The position numbers and the translations under genes are program-made. A stretch of DNA of 64,000 bases. Origin: Chrysomallon squamiferum. Lineage: Eukaryota > Animalia > Mollusca. The stretch spans positions 4,340,001-4,404,000 of the forward strand of contig CM022669.1 of assembly GCA_012295275.1 (NCBI GenBank). The letters are read 5' to 3'. The notes under the pieces were generated by a model. It was not told where the DNA came from. It searched no databases and saw only the letters and a program-made list of their open reading frames with translations. This document shows positions 28,614-43,097 of this stretch, piece after piece. The first letter of the stretch is position 1. Each line of letters begins with the position of its first letter.

Positions 28614-30109
28614 TTACTCTTCTCTATTCTTTTCACTTATTATGTTGTTACTCTGGAAACAAATAAAAACTAAAATGTTCGAGAGCACAAATAAATAAAT
28701 TAATTAATTAATTAATAATCAAACAAACAAACAAATAAATACAAACATATCAACAAAAAATAAAGAAATAACATGAAACAAAATAAAATAAAACAAAATT
28801 TACTTTACATCTACAATGTTTAATGTTTTCACAAACATATTAGTCTATAGAAGGGACGCTTTTATTCGTTCGACTCTGCAATTCTCTGTGAGTTACTTCC
28901 CTTCAACAGTCATCTTTATAAATGAAACCTAGAAACAGTCTAATCCGCTGCACTCATAACCCTTATATACGAAGAAAAAAAATATATATATATATATATA
29001 TTTTTTCTTTTTTATGATTCTAATATGTGGCAATGAGTTGGTCGTTAATAGCGTTTGATCCATACAACTATGAGACTAAAAATGAACATTTGACACTACA
29101 AATGGTCAAATGAAATTTATTATAATTCCTAGATATTATCTGAACATCATGGACCTTCTTTATCACCATAAAATAATACTGATACAAAACATTTGCACTG
29201 CGTCATTACAGCCTGATATTTTTCTAGATGTACTCTATGCTCTCTATACTTCATTAAAAATTAAGAGTAGATGTCAAAAATAAATATAGTATAGAGTTGG
29301 GTAAAAGCCTCCCCTTAAGGAAAATATTATATATTTTATATCACATTTAGCAACTTTTCCCCGTTTTGAGCAGCGAATATAATTTATGAACTATTCTATT
29401 AGAAATCAAAACAAGTTATTAAATATCAAGTCAATACATCCCTTCCTAACTTCACAGTACTTTGTGAGTACATGACCAATCTTTAACCTAAAACACGAAT
29501 ACAAAATATTTTACGAATCTGTCAAATATTCGAAATTTCATAAAACACTTACATGAGTTAGAAGTGAAGTTTCGTGGTACAGGATGAATCTACCTACGAC
29601 GTCAGTGGAATCTTATGATGTAGATTCTGGTTTCAGTTCATATGTACACTTCGCTAAAAAACAGCGGGCTTTTTATCTCAAGGAGCCCTTTTACCCAACT
29701 CTACCCTAAGACAACAATGAAATATGCGGTGAATATTTAGGCCAGTTATGGGGAAACCCGGACCCGCAGTGTTTTCTGAATGACCAAAGATAGTCTTTAC
29801 GACTGGTGTCGTAACTAGAGCGCGGATGAGACTGATAATCTCTTTTAGTGTTAATATCAAAAACTTACCCAGACGTAAAATGTGCCGGCCCCTGCACTGT
29901 GTTGTCTGACGTTAAAAAGTTGGTACTGGTTCAGCAAACTGTCGGCTCGTTTAGCAGAAGGGATTGACAACCTCACAATATCAAACTCTTTAATAAGTCG
30001 AACAATACTGTCCTTTCCCAGACGTCTCAACAGAGTCTGTACGTACTCCCACTTCTAGAAATATTAAATAAATCATTTCAACATACTCTTAGCCCTCTCT
30101 AGATGCGTT

Positions 30110-30141
<32 letters not shown>

Positions 30142-30675
30142 CATGTGTGTATGCGTGCCTTTTTCGTTTTCTATATGCTATATAAACGTCTGTACAAAAC
30201 ACAGTGTCCAAACTATTGCAACAAAGTAAGAACAATCTCAGTTACAGAACAACGAAAATGAAGCATAACTAAGCTTACCTTCAGTTGTTTTTCTTTTTCT
30301 CCTAGAATGAGATATGTCGCTTTCATCACGTTATGAACTAGACTCTTTGGCCGGTTGTATCTGTGTATTTCAGACACAGTTTGTTGTTTTAGATCGAGTA
30401 TTTTATGCAGAAACAGATTTAGTCTCTTCAGCTGTTCTTGGACTTGGCGAGCTTCATTCATGGTATCTGAGTTGACGATCATCTGTGAAGAGATCGAGTG
30501 CTCGGCGCTGTAAATAGCGTCGTTCAATTCAGCAAGATTTCTTTTCTCCGAGGCCTCTTTCAAACCTTGTGAAAAAAAAAAAAAAAAACTCTGGTCAAGT
30601 CAACATTATATATCTTTTTTCCTTGATCTATCTTTCTTTCAATCTCTGTCTCTGTGTGTGTGTGTGTGTGTGTGT

Positions 30676-30730
<55 letters not shown>

Positions 30731-30734
30731 GTGC

Positions 30735-30765
<31 letters not shown>

Positions 30766-30883
30766 GATATTCGTCTAACACTAGTCTATCTATATGTCTG
30801 TCTATGTATGTATCTCTTTCATTTTATTCATTTTTCTAACAGATTTGATGACAGAAATATGGTAATTCTATTTTTTCAGCTTA

Positions 30884-30966
<83 letters not shown>

Positions 30967-33900
30967 AGAGAGATAAAGAGACATTCAGCACATTATATTT
31001 ACACATTACTCACGTTTTAGATGTAATTCAACAAGCCTTTCTTTCGCAGCTGTCAGTTCTCCTTCGTCATGCTGCCGAGACATGACAAAATTCAGTACAG
31101 CTTTTTCTAGCTCTTCTATGTCATCACCTTCAGTTGCCTTGATCAGCTTTGTTTTAGCATCCACCATCTGAAAGTTAAATATGTCACTAAAAACTTTTTG
31201 TGTGTGTATAATATTTAACAGTATCTCTCTCTCTCTCTATCTATCTCTCATGTGCAATAACCACACATAAACGCTGCCAAGTACATATATATATATATAT
31301 ATATATATAAATCATATATGTTCTTTATAGACATAGGCATATTTATATGAAAGAATATCTTTCTTTTACTTTAAATAAAGTAATAAACTAAAATATATAG
31401 TAACTATCACTGCACTGTCCTTTGTCTTTGTCCACTTCCTTTAATCACAATAAAAAACAATAAAATTAAAATAAATATTAAAAATAAAATAAAACAGAAA
31501 CTAAAAATAAATTAAGAAAGAAAAAGTATTTACCAAAATAAATAAACACTGCAACCGATCATAAAAAGAAAAAAAACACAAATATGAAAAATAGCCATTT
31601 ACCTCATTCGTTATTGATACATTTGCCCATTCCTTTTCATCAGAAGAAATCAAGTAGTTACAGATGTTTTCAAATTGATCTTGAGAACCCTTCTCTTTGG
31701 CGTTGATTTCCAAGGCATATTCTGGATTACTTGACACGTTTTTGTCTGGCATTGTCACAGTCACAGTGACATTTTCACTCTTTTGCTCCACATTAATAAA
31801 CTCTTCAGTATTCTCTATATGTTTAAGAGCAACCTTAAATTCCAGTTCTTTCATGCTTTTGAACTGAAACTTCTTCACTGAGCCATAGTCCATGATAACA
31901 ATACCGTTTTTGACGGAAGGGTGAGTCAAACCTGCTTCTGCAGCTTTCAAATTGTAGCCGAATCCTATTGCTGGATTTGTTGGGAAAGGATTTGTATTTT
32001 TCCCCACTGAATCACAATCGAGCCTGAAGTTACACAAGCCTTTGTTGATTTCCATCTTATAAATACCTCGTACAGGGAAACGAATGATAAATGATTTTAT
32101 TTTCTCTTCGTTGTTCTGTAACACGTACAAGTCTGCCTGGATGTTATCTGGCAGTTTCTCTTCTGACATTTTTTCGTCAAACAACAACTTGTACGTTAGT
32201 AGCCGTTCTGAAAGCATCTCAAAGCTGATTTTGACTCTACCTTCTTTAGATTTCATCACTCCAATATTTTCACTTTTTAGTGTTATGCCAGAAGAAAAAT
32301 AAGATGCTGAAAACATCGGAACTCGAACAAAATCAGCTTCAGTCCAAGGCGATGGTAACAGCTGCCATTCTGTCTCGGAAGCCATACACATATAAATAAA
32401 CTCATCGGGATCGGTGAGAAAGTAAAATTCATTACGATGATAAATATGCTTTCCTTCTGATTTTTCTTGCTTTTGCCTGGCACCTTTTCCTTCGTTTTCT
32501 ATTAAAGTCCATCGACCCGTGTCGTAGCCTGCTACTGCTGTGAAAGCCCAGTAAGGGTGGACAATCCTCCAGGACTGATCTACATACACAGCATTCCAGG
32601 TAGAGTTGCGGTTACTGATGTCTGTATCGCCAACTTCAAACCCTGCTCTGTATTTGCCTAACACAAGGAATGTTGGCTGCCCTGAGAGAGAAAAATTGCT
32701 GAAACACAGAGACACACCAATAAGACAGACTGTTAGGACAAATAGTTTTAGACAGACCAGATACACAGACAGACTGATAGATAGATAGATAGATAGATAG
32801 ATTATATAGATAGATAGAATTTTGGATGCTCTAAATAAATAAGAACATAGGCAGACAGTGACCGACTGTTTAGATAGATAGGTTGTTTTGATAGAAATCA
32901 ATACATCCTGTATTCTTTAATTCTTTTATTTGCCAGTATTTATATTGCGTTTTTTCAGAATCAACACTTCCTTATATTTCTTTTAATGTAAACTATATGA
33001 TTTAAACAATAACAATGCAGTACATACCTGCAAAGGAGGGCAAAGAATAACGGGTAAAGCCCTTTACGTTTTTTTATTAGTTTCATGTAGCCTCTGGGTG
33101 TGTTTGGGTCGCTGACGCCAGGGTACGACATGTTGTCGATTCTCTGATTTCCCAGCCAAACGAAAATAGATCTAACTTTCTGAAGATCTGTCTTCAAATC
33201 TGAGGTGAGATAGTTTACGAGTGACGTGTAAGTGGAGGCGTCATCTTGCGAAGCCTGTAATAATGATAATAACAGTTATTAAAAGAACAACAGTAACTAT
33301 TACCATCAGCATAGAAGTAGCAACACGATAAAAACCATAATAATGATAAAAGCAACATATATACACAATCATAATATATCAGTACTGACATACGCTCAAT
33401 CACTTTCACATAAAACATACGTGTACCGTAAATCCATATCTTATAAACCAGAGTCTTACGTTCTTTGCTTTGGCTTCGACATCTTGATAATCCTCTATTT
33501 TGAAAATATCTTTCTTCCTGGTTGCTGGTGGTTTTGGCGGTGGATAGCCCGGCTCTGTGTCTGCGACAAAAATCTGTTGAAAAAAAACAAACAACAGATT
33601 CCAGAATTAAACGTTACTTTCGACAAACCATTACATGATAAATATAACTGATGAACTGTTTGTAATCCGGCTGCTGTAAGATATCACTGATATAGGGTGA
33701 GTTTTTTATGGGCAAATGTGTAATATGACTGACATAGTGCATGTGAGATATGTCATATGAAATACTATTGCTATGCTGTATGTAAGATATGTCATATGAA
33801 ACACTGTTGATATAGAATATGTAACAAATGTCACTGGCATGGTTTTTGTAAGATATGTCCTATGTTAATATTATTGCTATAGCATAATGTAATACATCTC

Positions 33901-34268
33901 AGGATATAGTGTATGGTACTGTAAAATATAACTAGTATAATATATACTGTCTGACATTACTAAAGATAAAATTATTCTCTAATAACATCATATTAAATGA
34001 AGAAGACGTCAGCAAATGTGAATCCTCGCAACTTTTCTGTTTGATATATTACCTTCTGTATTATCAACAAAACGTAAATAACAATGTGAAAGTATATGAC
34101 GTGCTATTAGACCATTTGTTCGTCTGTTTTAGAATAAAAAGAAAAAATATAATAATAACGACTGCACCAACACATGCCACTTACTGCATCTATATCAGGA
34201 GTGTCTTCGTCCACAACAGGGGTGACTTCGTTCACAACAGAAGTAGACTTGCTTGCTCCACATCCCAT
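28614..34268 (-). CDS. Paralog E: either intact (~772 aa, via upstream exon-4 acceptor) or a young frameshifted pseudogene
   Basis: e1 34268-34185, e2 33573-33460, e3 33254-33028, e4 ending at 31603, e5 31167-31014, e6 30565-30279, e7 30054-29869, e8 28652-28614. The canonical e4 acceptor (32681) is followed by an 11-nt loss that leads to an early TGA. An upstream acceptor (32830) is in frame with the long ORF 31501-32901. Confidence 0.7.
30682..30973. repeat. Opposed (TC)n and (GA)n microsatellites in intron 5 of E
   Basis: (TC)n at 30682-30725 and (GA)n at 30889-30973. Confidence 0.9.
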
Positions 34269-34641
34269 TTTCTGTCAGCCTAAAATATAATTATTAAAAT
34301 ATTCTAAATTAGAACGAGTATGGCCGTAGGTATCACCAGTCTACAGACGAGGAGTTGTTTTATGTATAGTATATATGTGAATGCGTATATGTATGTGTAA
34401 CTAACTGTAAGTGTGTATGTATGTATGTGTTTGTTATTATACTGTATCAGTGTTGTTACTGTTGCTAATGTTGCAACTATGACAGTTACTACAGTTAAAA
34501 CTGCGGTGTTACTAATATTACTACTGCTATTATTACTGATCCATTTACTAAATAATAAAATGTATAAATAATAATACACAACAATGCATATCATCACTGC
34601 TACTACTGCTACTACTACTACTACTACTACTTCTGCTACTG

Positions 34642-34672
<31 letters not shown>

Positions 34673-34814
34673 AAAAACTACTATTAATATTAACGCTGCT
34701 GTTACTACTAACAGCAATAATAACCCAGATTATAATTATAGTAAAAGTACTACCACTATTAATAACAACAATATCGGCAACAGCAATAATAATAATAATT
34801 ATTATTATTATAAC

Positions 34815-34853
<39 letters not shown>

Positions 34854-35447
34854 TATAACAATAATAATAATAATAATATGCACAAACCTGAATTTACACT
34901 TAATACTTACAGCACGTAACTGTAAGAGAACTGTCTCGAAGTGTATCGAAGTTTGTCAAACTTTGAAATAAAATCGAGAAGCACCTCCTTGTTAGCCGTC
35001 AACCACTTGAATAATGTGCTTTCACTCAGAGATAAATACGACGAGCAACGACCTCCTGTTGTAGGAGGACAGGTCCAGTCAAGATAGGCTCTTTCGGAGA
35101 AAAACGGGTTTTTTTTTTGTTTTTTTTTTGTGAAGTAGATCACGTGATCGAATATGTCCGGGTGATAGTACACATCGATCGAGGATTTAAAATACAACTG
35201 TTGTTGAGTAATAATCTTTTACACCATGTGTCAATAGATTTTTTTTATGTTTCCGTCGCCTATGCAAAGATATATATATAAATCTTTTTAAATTAGAAGT
35301 GACAGAACTGGGTCTATATGCTTTTATTAAAACAAATACGATGAAAAATATAATAAAAAAAAAAAAAATGGATAGATTCCATGATATTAAATTAATTATG
35401 TTTAGCTGTCGTGAAGCCATTGTTTCAGTCATGTAGTTATTAACTTC

Positions 35448-35591
35448 GAGGGGTGGAGCGTGGGAGGGGCCACAAGGGCGGTTACCTCGGGCACAGAATT
35501 CTTAGTTTCATTAGTGGACTTGTGGAAGAGGTTCGGGGATAGCAGTACACTTGCGTTGCCCCGGGGACTGGCAAACAACGCCACGCCTCTG
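35448..35591. mobile_element. hAT-type MITE copy upstream of E
   Basis: Perfect 8-bp TSD TTAACTTC (35440-35447, 35592-35599). Imperfect TIRs GAGGGGTGGAGCGT / ACGCCACGCCTCTG resemble CAGGGGCGTAGC-type hAT ends. Confidence 0.72.
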
Positions 35592-35989
35592 TTAACTTCA
35601 CATTTAAAAGTGAGTGGCCGCGTATAATATTCTACAGTCTGTGCATATGTTAACATGTTGACAATATTCGTGTTTTATTAAAGAGTTGGAGAACGAGAAA
35701 ACAAAGGTAAAATAAAGACTAACGTTTGCTAAAAATAAAGTAAGATTATTAAATAAAATTCTGTGAGGAAATACGAAAGGTGATATTTAGCTTTATATTG
35801 ATGTCTGTTTGTTTACAATGATGTCTGAAAAAGTGCTCCGATTGTTTTAAAATACGGTATTATTACTATGATAAACTCATTTACAGCCAAATAATAATAA
35901 TTATATTAATAATATTAATAATAATATTATTAATAATAATAATAATAATTACTATTATTATTATTTATTTATTTATTTATTTTCCTCCT

Positions 35990-36440
35990 TATTGTTGTAT
36001 TTTTCTCTGTATAAAAGTAAGAAATTATAAGATTGATACATTGTGATTCTCAATACTGAGTTTCTATAACAAATCAGTAATCAGAACCCATTATTCATAC
36101 ATACTGTTTCGTGTCATTTTTACACTTTAACATTAGAATTAGAATTTATAAACAACCGTCTGACATTTGACTTCAGTTTAAGATACTCTGGGCTGTAGAA
36201 ATAACGTTTTTGACATTCAAGTCTCTCTTTTTAAGTGCTTTGCGTATAAACTGTGACATTTGGCTCTTCAGTTTAAATTCTTTGTTATTACTTATTTTAA
36301 CGTGAATATTTCACTGTTAAATTGGTTCTAAAACGTTCTGTGATAAACTTACAGTATTACTAGACGATCCACTTGTTAAATGTCTGGCAACAACTCTTGA
36401 AGCTTGAAATCTAAATTAATATTACAATCCTTTCACGACA
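35990..36440. mobile_element. Copy-specific ~450-bp insertion, possibly a decayed LINE fragment
   Basis: Absent from the homologous intergenic blocks (~27400, ~48480, ~4900). The minus strand has broken peptide patches (FIRKALKKRD...YSPEYLKLKSNVRRL) resembling the linker between endonuclease and RT in non-LTR elements. Confidence 0.3.
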
Positions 36441-37011
36441 ACAAATAAACGAAGAAGTAATTAACGAAATATCTTCAAGATCATATATATGATTAGATAT
36501 GACTTCTACATAAGCACCAACACAAACAAGGAATACGTGACCTGAATCAAGAGTACTTATTTCAATAAACAAAGCCTCAACGCACAGTGAAACAAACACA
36601 ATGGACAGTTACTCAGTTTTGTAACTGATCTGGCTGAGAATAGCTGACAGGTGCACTCTGATTCTGTTCTTGTGCCGACCAAAGTTATCTTCTTTTTTCT
36701 TTAATAATAAAACTTATATCATCTTGAAAAACATGAGGCAATGGAGCGCTTGTTTTTTAAATTACGTATCCGAACAGACCTGTTCATAGTGTCTGATCAG
36801 TTTCAAAATGTTTTTAATGTAGTATGATTGAAGGGACATAACTTCGTCTGATTCAGCTCTTTGTTAAGTAGTTCTAACGATGAACAATGCTCATAACCAG
36901 CTGAGATGTAGTTTTAACGTTCATTTAATAATAATCATAATAATAATAATAATCATGATGATGATAATGATGATGATGATGTTGTTGTTATTGTTGTTGT
37001 TGTTGTTGTTG

Positions 37012-37055
<44 letters not shown>

Positions 37056-39068
37056 TAAAAACAAATCTGCCACTTATGACCCCCTAAAACACTCCTATGT
37101 CACTATACCCTCAAGAAAGGGCAGACTGAAAATAAACTAAAAAAGAAGAACCAGTTGAAAACAAAAACATTCCCACAGATGCAAACACAAATACGTTAAT
37201 ATGCACACACAGATACACAGACATACACATATTCTGAACTATCGATTCCATCCGGAAAATATTATATCTATAATGTTCATTTGTTTTCTATCCTAATTGT
37301 TTCATGCTGACCTCTTGCGTTGTGACGCAGACTCCTTATTGACGTCACATTTATTGTTGACGTCATTCAGCTGTTTTCCGTAGCTGCGTAAGAATTGTAT
37401 AAGCTAGACGGTTGTTAAGGTAATTACTTCTTTGTTTTTGTTTTACTTTTTGTTTTAATTTATTTATTTATCCTTCAATAACTTATATATATATATATAA
37501 CTTATATATAAATAATATATATATATATATATAAAAGAAAAAAAAAAAAAAAAGATTTGCCAAATTTTCACGCGCACACACAAACACATACGTGATAAGA
37601 AAGAATCATGTTGCCGCCAGTTGGCAAATCTTTCTTTTTTATTATTTTTTTTTCTTCTTCTTTTTTTTATGAGTTCTTTTTAGTTGTCGTTTGTTCTCCT
37701 TCTAGGGATATTTTTATGTGAAACTTTGAAAGTGCACACCACAGTCTTTTGAGGAGTGGTATTGCCTGCTATAGTTTAAAAAAAATAAAAAAATAAAATA
37801 AATATTTTCATATGAAAAATAGCTTTTGTTGTACTGAATAGATAATGCTTTTTCTTTGAAATTTGATTATTTTTCAATTCATATTTATTGCATTAAACTG
37901 TGAATTATTATTTCTAAACGTCATTCTCAATTCCTGGAAAAGTCGTGAGCAACAATATGATAAAATATAATGTGTCTGTATGTGTGTGTGTGTGTGTGCT
38001 TGAATATATTTATGAATGTATTTATGAATGTATTTATGTATGCATACATGTACCCTGCATTCAGATATGAAATAGAGAGAATGCAGATCTGTGAAATAAA
38101 ATGGTACCGTTTGACAAAAGAAGAAGGGATTAAATACATATAAAGTCTCTGTAGACATTCTAAAGACTGAGAAAAATTTAGATGATGAAATTGCAGGGAA
38201 AGACATATTTGAGGAAAGGTATGAAAACTGAACTGAGCAGGAGCACAAAGGTGAAAATCGAAGAGGATTAAAGTAATTTCCCTTTACGATTCAATTCAGT
38301 GATCCCCTCATACAACGGGATCTATTCATTACGTATTTATGGATCAGCTTTGAATATATTCATATCGATCAACGGGACAAAATATTTCCGCGTGCTCAAA
38401 GGTAATAATTTACCGTTTATCGTCGCCTTTATAAATCTTTTTTTTTACCTTTTTATGTGAGGTGCTGTTATTGCTCTCGTCGATATCTCGAGCATTCATA
38501 AATAGTCGTACCCAATTTTTTTTTTTTTTTTTTTTTTTGTCAGTATCCTGCAGTATCCTGGATTCAAAATATACACATAAACAGTTTCTACATTGCGTTA
38601 ATTCAGATGCCTTTCATTGTTTGCATAAGAGCTAAGGTGATCGGCTACTCAAGTATTGCCTGGAAACGCGAGGAGATAGTGGCCTGAAATCGCTCGCGAA
38701 AGACACTATTCCACGACGTGACTTTTTTTTGTGATAAAATTCTTCTGATGTTCAGCATTTCCACGAATGCAATGGCATGACAATTAATTATTATCTCTGT
38801 CGACCGGGAGGATTGGAATGCAAGTAAGTGATTTGTGTTGTAACTGTAAAAGATAGTTTATATGCACAAAGAGCATTTAGTATTAAATGGGTGTGGGGTG
38901 TATCTCTTTCTTTCTATCACATTCTCTCTCTCTCTCTCTTTCTCTCACACACACACACACACACACACACAGATACACACACAAAATATAAGATACACAT
39001 ACACACACAAAATACATACCTTAGTCGATACATCTGTCTGTGTGTGTGTGTGTGTGTATGTGTGAGAA

Positions 39069-39159
<91 letters not shown>

Positions 39160-39354
39160 AAAACTAAACATATTCCATTATTTACACGAACGGCGCATAC
39201 TTCCAACGAACAAACCATCTACCCATTTAGTGATATTAAATTTCTGGAACTTTCTATTACTTTAGGTATCTCTCACCACCGAGAAAACGTAGCCTGTGTG
39301 CTACAACTGACAGCTACTGGTGAATATTTCAGATGTCTGTAACGGAGTCATATA

Positions 39355-40475
39355 ATGGGATGTGGAGGAAGTAAGTCGACAAAGACGAGGACGGACGCAC
39401 CGGATATAGATGGTGTAAGTTACATTAGTTATTGCACGTGACTGCTTTCCATATTTGGAGCATAAAATGACTGGGCGAAATCTCTGTTCAGCATTTTTTT
39501 TTTTTTTTTTTTTTTGAAATAAAATTTTGTTGTTTTGTTGTTCTTGTTGTCTTTTCTTTTTTCTTTGTGGCTGTGTGGTCTTTTTAATAATCTGAGGTTA
39601 TTCAATATTTTTTCTATTATCTGCTGCAATGAAAATGTTGCGTTTTCATATTATAAAAAAAATAAAGATAATAATAATAATAATGTCAGAGGAGAGGCTT
39701 TCACCTACCTCAGCCCTACGGACTTCGGCGTACCTCTAAAATTCATTTCCATCACGGTTGAAATCACTGTATAAGTCTGATAAAGATATTATTCAATATG
39801 AAAATATACGTTAAAAACAACACCACAGAGAAGTCAAATTACACTCAAAATCCTACATGTTGGCCTTCAAATTCCATAGTTTTATAATGATTCAACATAC
39901 TGTAATAATGACAGTCTATGAAATTAAAATAGATATTTTGTTTTTAACATAGATAAATGTCAATGCTTTAATGTTGTTTTCGTAATGTCGGTTACATACA
40001 TTTCAATAGTCTTTCCATTCTGTAACAGCGGGTTATATGCCCAGTGACAGAGGTATGTTTTTGTATATTTTGTAGTAACTCTTAACAGTGCATATTTGTT
40101 TATTAATCCTTTGTTTTAAATGTTATAAAAGTAGCTTTACACTTCATAACTGTTTTACAGTTTTCGCAAACAGCTTAAAACCACTCCAAATGATATACGT
40201 TTCATAAAAAATAAAATAATAATAATAAAATAAAAAACATAAAAATGTAAAATAACTTTCTGAAAACAAATTTAAAATATTATTTCTTTACTATATTCAT
40301 ATTCACTACTAATATCTATGCATATTGCCTATATCATTTAAAATTTTTAAAAAGCGTTTCAATTATTATTATATGGTGATTGGTGATTGATATCTAAATG
40401 GTTTAAATCATCATTTTAATTTTTAAATAAAATAATAATAATAAATAATAATAATAAGAAGAAGAAGAAGAAGAA

Positions 40476-40517
<42 letters not shown>

Positions 40518-41077
40518 TAACAATAATAATAATTTGTCTAATGTGAGTTAAATATCATTGTCTATCATACACACATAGTAGTCTACATTCTGAGGAATAT
40601 AAAGTTCATTTCATATTAATCGTGGAATATTTCTTTCTCAACAGATAGAAGCCAAAGAAACAGAGCCTGGTTACCCAGCAGCGAAACCTCCAACAACCAA
40701 GAAGAAAGAGATTTTCAAAATACAAGATTATCGAGATGTTGACGAAAAAGCCAAGAAAGTAAGACATCTACGAAAACAAATTAATAACTGCAGAAAATGT
40801 TCATTAGCAGATGCCTGCGAGTGTGAATGTGTGTTGTTGTTTTTTGGTATATGTGTGTCTGTGTATGTATATATATATATATATCAATGTGCGTGTGAGT
40901 ATGATGGTTGTACTGGGGTGTGTTTGCGCATGTTGTTGGGGTTTTTGTGTTTGTTTCTTTTGTTTTTTGTGGATTTTTGTTTTTTGTTATTGCTTGTATC
41001 TCGTTATGGATATGAGAACGTTGAGTTTATTTCTGTGTCTGTGTGTATTTTAGGGAATGTTTGTGTAGATAGGAGTT

Positions 41078-41116
<39 letters not shown>

Positions 41117-43042
41117 GCCTTTATATGAATAGAAAGAAATGTTTCTGTCATGTGTTCGGCCATATTATATTGCTTTAGTACAAAAAGGACTCGAGAACAT
41201 TTTATATCTGCATATGATGTCTGTTATCAAAAGTCGAAATTATTATTTAAAGAAAAATACTTTTTCAGTTAATGAATTCATTACTACGTCATCACGTTAA
41301 TAACGTCACGTGGTCTCATTCAAACATTTATACATACTCGTCTAATGAAATAACTGAGTTATATAAGCCAGTACGTACAGTGTTGTTAAAATGCTTTAAT
41401 TTGTTTCTGTCAAAATTAATTATGTGTAGTTCAGTATTATCTCAGCACAATGCAGCACTGGAGGGCGTGCGACTATAACAGCTTGTTTCCAGTGAACAGC
41501 ACGCCTCGTTTATTTATGTCCCTCAAGTGTACGCAGTTTTATGAAGTTGTTATCACGGCCCTTATAAAGAATTATTTATAATTCAGAGCAGTTATTCAAT
41601 AGTCTCCAAAACACACGTAAACAGTCGGTGTCAGTTTTACGATAACACCGAACATAGTTTTGACTTAAGTGGTTACCACGTTAAAAAAAAAAAAAAAAAT
41701 TAATTAAAATAAAGAATTAAAAGTAAACATCATATTTTATGTTGTGTATGCTAGCGCAGTTAAGCGAAATTTTTATCACTGACTCGGGCTTTGCGAAGAC
41801 GTTCTTGGGAAAGGACCAACGTACACAGGAACCTTAATTACGTTTAACTTCAAAGAAAACTGTTAACCTGAAAACCAGTAGTTCAGTAATATCGAGGATT
41901 TAGGTCAAGTTGATAAAAGCTTTACAGATTTACATAAAAGATTATACTGATCCTTTCGTGTTAAGGGTGTGGCCAGAAAATGTTGAGCTTTGTTATCTCA
42001 TAATAGTTAATACGTGTCTCTTGGTCAAATATTCACTTTAAATGTATTAAGAAAAACATGTTCACATTCTCCAGCATACAACTCTCCCAGTGTTGTCGCC
42101 AATTTATCTATTGAATTCGGTCCGGTTGATATGAAATGGGGTTTTTGTTTGGGGGGGGGGGTGAAAGAAAAGGTGCCAAACGAATTTACAAATGTATATC
42201 AGTAGGTGAAACAATTTAATTCCTGGTATTCCTTCATGAAAGAACATTATTAAAATTTAAGCGTATCCATGGCGATGTCAGTAAACTAATCTAGTTTACG
42301 TCGTACTAATACTTCCAATACTACTATTACATTTTACTACTGGTACATTCACTCCAGCTACTGTTACATTACTGCTAATACTTTAAACACAGTCACTGCT
42401 ACTGCTACCTTACTTCCACCACCTAGATCAACATCACCACCACCACATACTGCTGCTACTGCTACTATCACTATTACTATAATTACTGTTATAATTACTA
42501 CTACAAATAATTGGTTAGTATATTTCTGTTGTTGTTGTTGCTGTTGTGGAAGAAAAAGTAGTAGTTCTAAAACAACTACTACTAGTAGTAGTAGTAGCAG
42601 CAGCAGCAGCAGCAGTAGCAGTTACTGTTTTTCTTATAATTATTATTATTATTATTATTATAGGCTTCGCAAGATGACGCCTCCACTTACACGTCACTCG
42701 TAAACTATCTCACCTCAGATTTGAAGAAAGATGTTCAGAAAGTTAGGTCTATTTTCGTGTGGCTGGGAAACCAGAGAATCTACAACATGACGTATTCTGG
42801 CGTGAAAGACCCAAACACACCCAGAGGCTACATTAAAAACTAATTAAAAAAAGGGTAAACGGTCGTACCCGTCATTCTTTGCCCTCCTTTGCAGGTTTGT
42901 ACTGCATTGTTACTTCAAAGTAGTATTGCTGTTATCTGAACACAATTATATTGGTTACAGTTTAAGAAATAAAATATTAAAATATCTAGCCACATGGATG
43001 CTTGGATTCTCAGATTATAGGATAGATGAATTGGATTAACTC

Positions 43043-43097
<55 letters not shown>

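Noticed and set aside
37553-37631. AGATTTGCCAA...TTGGCAAATCT inverted repeat as a terminator or MITE
   Set aside because: It is a single 11-bp stem in low-complexity eukaryotic DNA with no TSD or second copy in the window.
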